From assembly GCA_008632985.1 (NCBI GenBank), contig QPGO01000019.1:434001-498000 (forward strand): a DNA stretch of 64,000 bases, written 5' to 3'. The notes under the pieces were generated by a model. That model was not told where the DNA came from and did not search any database. It was given only the letters and a program-made list of their open reading frames with translations. Positions within the stretch are counted from its first letter, which is position 1. Each line of letters opens with the position of its first letter. This DNA comes from Psammoneis japonica. Lineage: Eukaryota. Position numbers and translations under genes: made by a program. Shown here piece after piece: positions 21,701 to 32,100 of this stretch.

Positions 21701-24019
21701 TGCTGCTGCTGAACCCGCGTCTGTTGCGGCGCGGGCTTGTATGTGACGGGGGTGGCGCTTGTGCTGGACGTGTCGAGCGGAGGATCCGTGTCCTTGCATT
21801 CTTGTGCCTCACTGTGTACAAAAGGGAGCAATGTAAAGTGAGACAACAATCAACGACGCAATTCACAAAAATGACCAAAGTACCACTCACAATGTGTCCA
21901 ACTCGGGGCAGGTGCAAAGATACAATTCCAGCTTGAGCCGTTCCGATTCCGTGACTTGAGAAAAGTTGCAGTTGCTCGGCAATCCAAACCGCGCCAAATA
22001 AAAGATCAAACCATGATCAAGGGACTCAAACGCGTTCGCGCCCATAATCATATTGCGGTCCTTGCCCTTTAGCACGACCCCCGGCAAAAGATAATAACTA
22101 CCAGTGTACCGAAACCCAAGTTTATTGAGGGTCCTCCACGCTTCAGTGTGAGAAATAGGGTCCCGACCTTCTTCTGGGATTTCATCTAGCTGCTTGAGCC
22201 GAGGAGCAATGCTGTAGCGAATCCACGTGCGCACCTGCTCCAGTTTCAACGGCTCAAGACTCGTCTTGATGCTCCAAGTGTTGTTGGATCCCAACGCGTT
22301 GGTACCCAAGCCATACGCACAAAGATACCGACGGAGCTCTTGACCGTTTCGAAAGCCGTCCTTTCCAAACCTGGTTTCCTCGGCTTGTTCGGGAAGGCAG
22401 AACCGGCCATTATTCTTGGAAGAGAACTTGAGTTCCTGGCGCAGAATGTCCCAAACTTCCCTAGAAAAGCTGGGAATAGCATAGCCCAAATCAACCGACT
22501 CGCTGGCATCGTCCTCTGATTCGGCCTCCTGTTTCTTTTGACGATGGCTTGAGCGTTCTGTCGTCTTGTTTGTCTCGGCTGCTTTCTTCGTCTCAGAACG
22601 CTCGACTTTGTTGGTCACGTCCTTGAGCTTGCGCTTGGCCGGCCTCTTGGATACTTCCTCCTCGGAAGCCTTCTTTTTCGTCAGAGCTCTCTTTGACACT
22701 GGAGCCTTCTTCTTTGTAGGAGCCTTTTTGGATGCGGCCACCGTTGTAGTCTTTGCGGTCGTGTTTGCGTCGGCCTTCTTGTTCCTTCCTCGCTGCGGCG
22801 CAGGCTTTGACGCGTCATTATTCGTGGCTCCTTTCGTAAGTTCATCGGCCTTGAATGCTGCAGCCGCTTTTGTCGTCTTGGAAGCTGCAGCTGTCTTTTT
22901 AGGCTTTCCGCGCTTTGGTACCTGTGCTTGTGACTCTTGATTCTGAGCAGTAGCTTTAGCCGTCTTTGTAGGCTTGGCTGCGGCTGTCTTGTGTTTCCTT
23001 CCGCGCGTTACGACCTGAAACTGTGGTTCTGGGGCTAGTACAGCCTTGGCTTTCGGTTTCTCGGTAACCTCGTCCGCGACAATAGGCTCTGGCGCCATAT
23101 CTTCGTCATGGGGTTCCTCGGTAAGCTCGTTGGCAACAATGGGTTCTGGTACCTTGGCGTTCTTTCGAGTCTCGTTGGATACAGCAAGAGAGGCTTCTTT
23201 AGCCGTCTTTGCTGCAGCTTTCTTGTTTTTCCTTCCGCGTGTTTGTACCCGAAACTGCGGTTCTGCGGGTAGTACAGGCTTGGCTTGAGGTTTCTCGGTA
23301 ACCTCGCCCGCAACGATAGGCTCTGGCGCCATATCGTTCTCATGGGTCTCGTTGGAGGATGCCGGAAGAGAGGCATATTCACTGGTAACAATGGGTTCTG
23401 GAACCTTGGCGTTGATCCGTTTGTTGGAGTATGCCGGACGAGAGGCATATTCTTTGGTAACAACGGGTTCGAGTGCCTTGGTGGTAGAGTTTTCTTGAGA
23501 CTTGTGAACCGGGAGAGAGGCATATTCCTTCGCCACAATGACTTCTGGTACCATATCGTTCGACTCGTTGGACGGAAGAGTGGCAACGTTGGTTTCTTGG
23601 CAAAATACCATAACACCTGGTTCCATAGTATCGTCAGGACAGCATAAACTCAAAATATCCTTGACTTCGTCCAGAGCCTTTTGCCACGCTGCGTGGTCTT
23701 TATAACGCTCCGTCATTTCCCCCAAATGCTCATAAAAGTCCTTGACATGAGATGGATCACAGAGGTGATTGGGCTTTCGGTCTGGACCCAACAAAAAGGC
23801 GACACGTTGGACCTTGCGCCGCGGAGTCATCATACATGCAAGAGCGAGGCCCTGTCGGACGCCAACCTTCATGTACTTTCCATACAACTGCTGAATCTCG
23901 TCATAGGACTTGCCCACAATAGCAGGCCACCATAAATCATCCTTATGATCAATTTTGACAAAGCAGAGAGACGAACCGAGTCGTTCAATCAACGACACCG
24001 CGTCTGCACAAGATGACAT
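18777..24019 (-). CDS. CDC6: Cdc6/ORC1-family AAA+ replication licensing factor with a long N-terminal extension (~1695 aa); introns 21812-21890 and 19488-19563
   Basis: LYVCGSPGTGKT Walker A, VLVIDEIDLL Walker B, IGISNS, F.TY, GDARKVLD, C-terminal winged-helix-like region. Both introns are GT-AG and join three ORFs in phase. N-terminal WWPAIV motif. Confidence 0.8.
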
Positions 24020-24406
24020 GGTGTGCGGCTGTTTTCTGAAGAAAAAGTGAGACGAGTGATGAGGGGAAAATCAGAGCCGCGCCATTTTTTCGGTCGTTAT
24101 TTCTACAGGCGAATGTAGCATGTCGTTTTGTACTGAAAAAATCCTGTAGAATGTACGTGACTGCACACGAGCTCTAAGGTATGATACTCCGACCTCGTGC
24201 TGGCTTTCTGGCATGCGTGCGTCCAGGCGATCGCGCACGCGAGGCGAGGAGGGCAGGATACATAGGAGTCGAAATTATCGTTACAGCGCATCCGTCCGAA
24301 CACGATAGATGTAAGCTCGTTTTGAATTTTCTCGCATCGCAGCAACGGTCAAAAATACCGGTACCGCGACCTGCGCCATGGCGGCTCTCTAATCATTCTC
24401 AACATC

Positions 24407-25870
24407 ATGTATGCACCAACAGCATCGGCACAGCCACTCTTGTCGTCACCTGTAGCTGCAGTGTTTCCAGAACTTGCTTGGAATCCTTTGGTGGCAACCA
24501 AGTGTGGATTGAACGAATTGAAAAGACAGCACTGCGATCTACCGACTATTCAAAAGAGTATATACACGTGTTGTTAAAATTGTTGGGACAAGCCTCGAGT
24601 AGGTGAGAAAGAAAAAAATGGAATGAGAAACGATAAAGAGTGTTGAGCGTCTCTCTGATTTTTTTTGTTTCTCATTGTTGTATACAGTCCATCGTGTCGT
24701 GTATCCAAACTCACCTCCCCATCAAATGAAAAGGAGGCACTCGGCCTCTTTTACGTGGACTCTGTTGGAGTGATCACACACTATGCCATTTACAAATTAC
24801 TGGAATTCTCGAGAAATGAAAACAAATCCAGAGCACTTTTTGAGGACGTTACGGCTACACAACTGCAACCCCTCGTGTTTGTACTGGACTGGGACGGCGA
24901 TTTGTACGCTCAACAGGGTGCCGCACTGTGTCTGGCGCATTTGCTACCAGCAACAATACAATCCAACAACAATAATCATGATGCTTCCACTGCAATAGTA
25001 CTACAACAGACACTTTCTTGGATTGCCATGCAATGCATGTCTTCCAATACGATTGAATTGGCCATGCCCGCCTTGTGGATATTTATGGATGATTCATTCG
25101 CACGGCGTGTGTTTGGAGAGTGTGGTGGAATTGGATGTTTGGCAGCCGCCTTGCAGCAGCAATCCAATACACAAATTTTATATGAAGCAACCTATTGTTT
25201 GTGGCGTCTGTCATTGGATTTATTGTCATCTACTATTCAAACAAGATTTGCACGAGACGGTGCGATACCCGCCTTGGTGGAAATGGTCGTTTCGGCACCA
25301 CGGGAAAAAGTCGTGCGGGTCGCCTTGGCAGCTCTTGTGGAATTGGCAACTTGCAGCATGTTATTCATTACTATAATGCTCGAGTGTGATTTGTTGTTGA
25401 CTTTGAATCATTACGTAAAGGAACAACATTACTGGAAAGATGTTGACATGGTCAATGATTTAAAGACCTTGCACAAGTTGTTGCATCAACACGACAAGGA
25501 AACGAGTAATGATTGGGATATTTACGTGGCACAAGTTGAATCCGGTCAATTGGAATGGGGCTCCATTCATACAAGCAAGTTTATCCAACAACACATAAAG
25601 CAATTTGAACAAGATGAGTTTGCATTGGTCAAGAAACTCATCCAAATCATTGTCGTGACTACAAATAATGACGACGACACCATTGCCATTGCGTGTTTTG
25701 ATCTTGGAGAATTTGTACGGCATTATCCCAATGGTCGATCCATTGTCAAAACCTTGGGCGGAAAAAAAGCCGTCATGCAACACTTAAATCATGACGATCC
25801 CGAGGTGCAACGGCACGCACTCCAAGCCACATCGAAAATTTTAATCAAAAATTGGGAAGGAATACGGTAA
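24407..25870 (+). CDS. V-type H+-ATPase subunit H; intron ~24603-24688; exon 1 start uncertain (apparent frameshift)
   Basis: REKVVRV, LEWGSIHTSKF, IACFDLGEFVRHYPNGR, GGK..VM, V..HAL.A.SK are characteristic of subunit H. Confidence 0.9.
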
Positions 25871-26014
25871 TAATAGAGCAGGAAATAAATGCTAGCTAAA
25901 TGGCGATGCTGCTATAGCAGAGTAGTTGTTGGACAAAAGTGTTGTGATCCTTGTAAGTTGAAAGATCGTGCTTGCGAGAGACTTGATTATTCTCAGAAAC
26001 ACCATTACCACACG

Positions 26015-26864
26015 CTATGGTATCATCAAGGCTCCCAAGACGAAAATAGGAGTTGCAAATGGTCCCAGCACTCCCTTGATTAGACCAATTACTTTTCCAA
26101 TAGCTCCCCAAACCACATGTACCCCCTCCATAATGACGCCCGTAACATCTTGACGCAGTTTTCGTCTCGCGGCGCTGACTAGCTCGTCGTACGCTGTGCG
26201 CTTCGTTTCATCCGACAATAACGAGGCGGATTCTTCCACAGCCACAAAGGCTTCTTGGGCTCTGCCGTCTAAATTCTTATCGGGATGCACCGCAAGTGCT
26301 CGATTTCGGTAGGCACGACGAATCTTTTTGGTCGATACGTGAAACAATCGAATCGGTCCTCCGAATTGCCTTCCAAACAAAACACGGTCCAAACTTGATT
26401 TCCTTATTGAGCAATCCCAACACGGCATAATGACGTTCGGCTTGGGCATATTTGAGTATTTTCTTGACGAGTTTGGTGTCTTTTTTCTTTTGACGCTTTG
26501 CCTTTTTTCGTGCTTGGTTGTCTAGTTTTTGGAGTTGGGCTTCGATTTGTGCCTCTCGTTCCAACCGTGCACGTTCTTTTTTCTCTTCTTCGAGTCGAGC
26601 CGCAGTATTGGCAGCCTCTTGTGCTTTGTCATCTGTCGTGTAATAGCCATTTTCATGTTGTGCGTATTGTTGGTTCATGCGCTCTTCGTCTCGTAATATT
26701 TCATCCACGTATTCTTGACCGTAATCATCACTGGCGAATGAAATTGTAAATAATAGACAAAACGTCAAAACCCAAAAAAGAAACAATTCTGAAAAACGTA
26801 TTCTCCACGAACGTTGTGGTTGTCTCATTGTGCCTTTTAAAAAACTCCTTGTATATTGTTGCAT
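26015..26864 (-). CDS. DnaJ-domain membrane protein, split by an apparent frameshift near 26385
   Basis: HYAVLGL in one frame; IRRAYR.RAL.VHPDKN...AF...R.AYD in another; hydrophobic N- and C-terminal segments. Confidence 0.8.
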
Positions 26865-27196
26865 GGACAAATCATGGAAAGAAGCACACTATGTTGGAAA
26901 CATCATGATGTGATTTTCGGTTGCGAAATGAACTTCCACGTGGAGGAAGGGGCAAAGCATTCCGTCCGAGCTGCTGTCCGCTGATGTTTTTGAATTTGCC
27001 ACACTTTGTCTACTCTTAGCTACTCTAGAGTAGAGCTCTACTCTAGCTAGAGCCAAGTTACCGGTAGCTACTCTAGCATCCGCTCGCATAGCAGCGGTGG
27101 CGACAACATTTGCGCAAGTGGAAATGATTGCATTGGCCTGGCACAATTGGCGAAAGCTCAGCTTCTTCTTCTTCTTTCTTCCACTGTTCCTTGGAG

Positions 27197-28840
27197 TCAT
27201 TCGACCAAACCAGCACGTAGCAGCTTTTCCTTAGTCGACAAGGGCTCGTGGCTCCCGTCAACATCACTCAGGATGACCTCGGTCAACGGCAAAGGGTCGC
27301 CGTATCGACAATGGTTCTGAATGCGGGAGAACGACGCAAACCTGTTTTGTTCTTCCTCCTGACGAACGCGTTCTTCATCCGCTACCACATCAATGCACAT
27401 TCTCTTTCTTGTTGGAGCAATGCTCTTCTTGAGCTTTCCTTCGGTCTTTCCCCCGCATTTCCCAGGCGTGCTTTCTCGCTTTCTCTTCACTGCTTCGTTC
27501 ACCTCAGACTCCAGAGACTCACCGACTGAAAATCCCATGTCAAGAAACTCCTCCTCAGAAAGATCGCTTCTTGCGGACAGCTTGTGCAGCCACGTTACCA
27601 CGCAAGTTATACGACCGGGTTCAATTTCACGATGGGAAAGATATGCGACATTCTTCTTTGGAAAATGAACCAAAACATGGAGACAGAGCCCATCACACAA
27701 AATGGAGTAGAGAACTTCCGGAAGTTGCTTGTCCTTGTTGAGTAACAAAATAGATCTGGCGAGCGATTCTGCAACAAGTTGAGACTTGCAGTCCATTGCT
27801 GAGTATTTCAATTTCAATGCTTGTTTCATTTCGACATGGTACGACGAATACAAAAAAGCGTCGGTTGCATTGCTTTGTAGAGCTTTCCTGCAAACAGCAA
27901 TGTCGCTTTTGACTGAAAGCTGTGCTGGTACTCCTGATCCCTTGCTATTCTCAATTTTGCCTTGTTCGGCCAAGTACTCGTTGCACACTTCAACCATAAC
28001 AACCACCGGACTCATTCCAATAACATCGGTCACTCTCAAATCACCATTATCTCCATCCAACTGGCGTACAAGTTCACCTAGCCAGTGAGAGAACAGAGCT
28101 TGGACATCCAACTCTGCAAACTTTCCCGGTCGCAAAATTTGCTGAATCATTTCCAGTCGCAAGGCGTGGCCTGTAAGGTCTTCGTCGTCGGCTATCTTCA
28201 AAACAGTGCAAAGGCTCTCGTCGATACGACATGGATCCCCTTCGAGGACCCGTGATGACGACGGAGAGAACACCGGATTTTCTCCAAAAGAAAATCTCTT
28301 ACATTCGATTTGCGTTTGACCTTTGGCGAACATCATAAAGTGGACGGAATCGCCCTGTAATTGACTAATAATTGATCTCGTACTAAACAGAGCATTTGTC
28401 GTAAGAGTTTCATAAGACTGTTGCATTCCATACGTTGCATAGGAGCTCGGATCGAGAGCTCTCGGCAATGTGTATACTTCCGCATTCAGCGATTGTGCAA
28501 TCAGCACATCAATATCTCGCGGACTGATGCTGGTAAGCGTGTAAATATCGGAGAGTTTCATTTGGGCTCGATCGCAAACATGATCTTTTAAGAGGCCGGC
28601 ATGGACTGTCCCGGTATTAATTGCGTCGAGAAATCTTTCTTCAGTTACTTCCGGATTTCTCGAATCAAGATATTGTGCCAAATCATCCTTGGTTATCTCC
28701 TCTCGGATACTCTCTGGAAGCTTGTCGAAATAATAGTTCACCTTTTCGCCGTGTACCTTGGGAGGCAGGAGGTCCAACAGCACTGAGGAGGGCCTGAACT
28801 TTCCTGATGAAGCGTTGCTGAGCGCCGCCGGTTGACTCAT
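27197..28840 (-). CDS. Intronless 547-aa protein with a putative PD-(D/E)xK nuclease-like domain
   Basis: Long ORF with normal Tyr/TA content; KSDIAV...HVEMK...QLVAE...SILCDG pattern. Confidence 0.65.
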   Translation of the reverse strand: MSQPAALSNASSGKFRPSSVLLDLLPPKVHGEKVNYYFDKLPESIREEITKDDLAQYLDSRNPEVTEERFLDAINTGTVHAGLLKDHVCDRAQMKLSDIYTLTSISPRDIDVLIAQSLNAEVYTLPRALDPSSYATYGMQQSYETLTTNALFSTRSIISQLQGDSVHFMMFAKGQTQIECKRFSFGENPVFSPSSSRVLEGDPCRIDESLCTVLKIADDEDLTGHALRLEMIQQILRPGKFAELDVQALFSHWLGELVRQLDGDNGDLRVTDVIGMSPVVVMVEVCNEYLAEQGKIENSKGSGVPAQLSVKSDIAVCRKALQSNATDAFLYSSYHVEMKQALKLKYSAMDCKSQLVAESLARSILLLNKDKQLPEVLYSILCDGLCLHVLVHFPKKNVAYLSHREIEPGRITCVVTWLHKLSARSDLSEEEFLDMGFSVGESLESEVNEAVKRKRESTPGKCGGKTEGKLKKSIAPTRKRMCIDVVADEERVRQEEEQNRFASFSRIQNHCRYGDPLPLTEVILSDVDGSHEPLSTKEKLLRAGLVE

Positions 28841-29129
28841 TTGCGAGTTGCACTTGCTATAGCGTCCTTGGGAGGCGAGCGAAGCTAAGGAAGCGCAGTA
28901 TGCGGGTTGCGCTCTAGCTAGTGGTTATGACATGGTACTTTATTTTGCCCTTACGATGATACGTGACGGACGGTGACGGTGAAATAGAGCAAAACAGCAA
29001 ACTTTGAACGAATCTGTACTGTATCTCGTCTCGAGAGCGCGCGGTCTCGTCTGTCCGATGATGTGTGGAGGGAAAGAGGCGAGCCGAGGGGGGGCAGTGG
29101 ATAGATGGTGGATGGTGGACGGTGGAAAA

Positions 29130-32100
29130 AAGGGAGGGACATGTGAGACAACACAGGATGAAAGTGCAAACAATGAAGATGCAGATTGAAGTTGTGACTG
29201 CTGATCCTTGCCCGGTCATTTTCCTTGGCGCAGCTGGCAGGGACAGTCGACCCTCATTTGAGAAACAGGATTTGAGCAACCCAATGCTCTGGTGGCAATG
29301 TCACCAAAGGCATGGTCAGTGTGGAACAAAGTCAATCAATTGCAAGGTCATTTGGAGCCCAAGAATGACACCTGGTTTCAGCTCAGTGTGCACTCCGCCA
29401 ACAAAATCTGTGCCTCATGATTGTCGACTGTGCACGATCTGTCCAGCCAGTGGCCGCAATTTGTTTGGAGGGGCCAAGTGAAACTGAGTGCAGCTGATGT
29501 GGAAAATTGACCGGGGAATCAACTTTGCTCTTTTTGCACTTCACTCAAATGTGTTCCACAGGTTGTCCTCCAATTGGTTTTTTGACAAGCCGGTGCAGCG
29601 GCGCACAAGGCACCACTCCACCAGCAATCATTTGAGGTTGCGTGTGCACCATTTGAGAAGGCAAGGAGTCATCACAAGACCGCTGCCAGGAAAAATCATT
29701 GGCTTGTTCACAGGACAAATTTTGTTGTGATGGTGGGCCGGGCATTGTCATCTTTGTGAAGAAGCAGCTGTTGGAGATGGCACCCTTGGTGTGCACCCAG
29801 AGCTCTCAGCTTGAGACACTTTCCATTGTGACATCCCAAATGCTTGGATGATTTTCCCAGAGGTGAAACAGAATTTGTGTGCCAGTGCTTGTTGATGTCA
29901 ATGAAAGACAATGTGTTGAACTGTGTTGGTTGTCACACACCAACAATCTTTTTCATCAGACAAATGAGCACAACAAAAGATCAAGATTGAGGTTGTTGTC
30001 ATCTGCTGATTTCCTGCAACCTTGGATTTGCCATGAGTTTGCATGTGAGTTTGGCACCCACAATTTGTCCACAGCAAATGGCAACTCGTCTTGTCCGGGA
30101 GCATCCCTCTTGCTCAATCACAAAGTGTGCTGGACATGCAACACAACATGAATTTTCCATGTGCTTGTTTGTGAGCCCCTTGGTGACCTGAGGTTCCATT
30201 GCTTCATCTTCATTTGTCTGTGTGTTTTGTGAAGCATGTCTGTGCCATCTGCAGCTGCACCAACTGCCTCATCCACCGTGACCAGCCAGCATCTTCCATT
30301 GGACAAATGGAGTGCAAATGAATCAAGCCAATGACTGTTTTCATTGTCATTGCACATGAGAATTGCTGGTGTCCTTTTGCTCTGGCAACACAAACACCTT
30401 GTTCTTTCACCATTTTGTTGAGCTTCCCATGATGAGAATGAGGATTTTGACAGTGTGATTCACTGCATCCATGTTCTGACAGAAACAAGCCCTGGATTCT
30501 GCTGCCTCCAGTCTCACAACAGACTCCGCCTTCCACTTTTTGGAAAGAAATTAATTCCCCTTGACATTCTCAGGTTTGAACTTGAACGGTGCCTTCTTTT
30601 TTTCTTGAACCACCAAATCTGGCTGGTCATCATTCTGCTGGAAATTGCAGAGGTGGAAAATCACCAAGCCATGGAGTGCCAAGTGTGCCCATTTTCAAAA
30701 CTCTTTTAAAGCCCTGCAGTTGTCTCTGACCAGCTTGGCAATGGACCTTGCTCAGAGGCAAGAGCTCAGCGTGACAGCAGCAGAAATCACCAAAGTGCTG
30801 ATGAAGCAAGCCCGATGCCCAAGCCAGCAGCTCTTGGAACAACTTTAGAACAACAGAGAAAACTTGTGATGCCCTGCAATCCAAAAGCACAACAGCAACT
30901 CCAACAATGAGAGCGTGCTTTGCAGTTGCTTCCCACCAGTTTTCACAATGGATCACACTCAAAGACAAGAACACAGGGTGATTGCTGCAGTCCTCAACCA
31001 CCAAAATGGGAATGAAGCCAGCCCAATGCCCAAGCCAGCAGCTCTTGGGACAACTTTGAAACAACAGATGATTGACATCTGTGGCTCCAACAATGAGAAG
31101 ATGCAAGTTGCTCACACGCACAGCTCAGGAACACATCAATTTGCACATGCACAACACTCTGTGCAAATCCACACAAAAGTCACTGCTGTCACAGCAGGTC
31201 TGCACAATCCCTGCATTGGGCTTTCCAACAAAAAAATCACTTGAGGCATTCACAGAACAAAGAGGTGAAGGCATGACGATTTGATTTTTCAGGATTTTCT
31301 GCTGTGCGAGAAACGTGCAGTGCACTGCATGCCTCATTGTCAAAAATCAGCGACATGACGGTGGTGCGTTGTCGCAATGATGGCAATGACAGCAACGTGT
31401 CCGAGAGTCATTTGTCATTGCAGACATTTGGTTTGTTGAAAGTTCAAGAATGTGTTCAGTCATGAAAGTCCCCATGAGCAACCTCCATTCAAAAGCAAAA
31501 CTTTTCACTGATGAGGAGCTCTGTTCACAACCATCATTTTATGAACTCAATTGTCGAACGATTGTGAGTTTGTCCAGGGGACTTTCTTTACATGTGTGTG
31601 TTCTTCACAGTGCCATTGATTGACGTGTCAAGTGCCTGTTGCCAAGTCATCCTCTGTCAGCATCTGAAAATTACCATCGTCATCATTGGCGTTGAGAATG
31701 GCAATTTGTTGTGCAAATCACAGTCAATTGCACGGCTGTTGTCTGTCCAACATTGCACTTCTGTGTGCAACTCATGTGCGTGCCTTAAAAAAGATTCTAC
31801 AATGAGTCATTCTAAGGTCAAAATGATGACTTTCAATTTGTTCATTGTGACAGGGATTCACTTAAAAGGCAGCACAATTGCTCAATGAAGATTCTACAGT
31901 GCACTGTTCTCACATCAAAATGACTTTAAGCTCAGACATCATGACAAGCACTCACTTTAAAAAGGGCAGTGCTGACTCAAGTTTGTGTGTGCAAAACTTC
32001 ATTGGTCCCACAAAGCTTTCACAGGACAGCTGATGTGAGAGACTTGCTTGGGAGATTAAGACACCTTCCAATGGTTCCCCCAAATGACCAATGCATTGCC

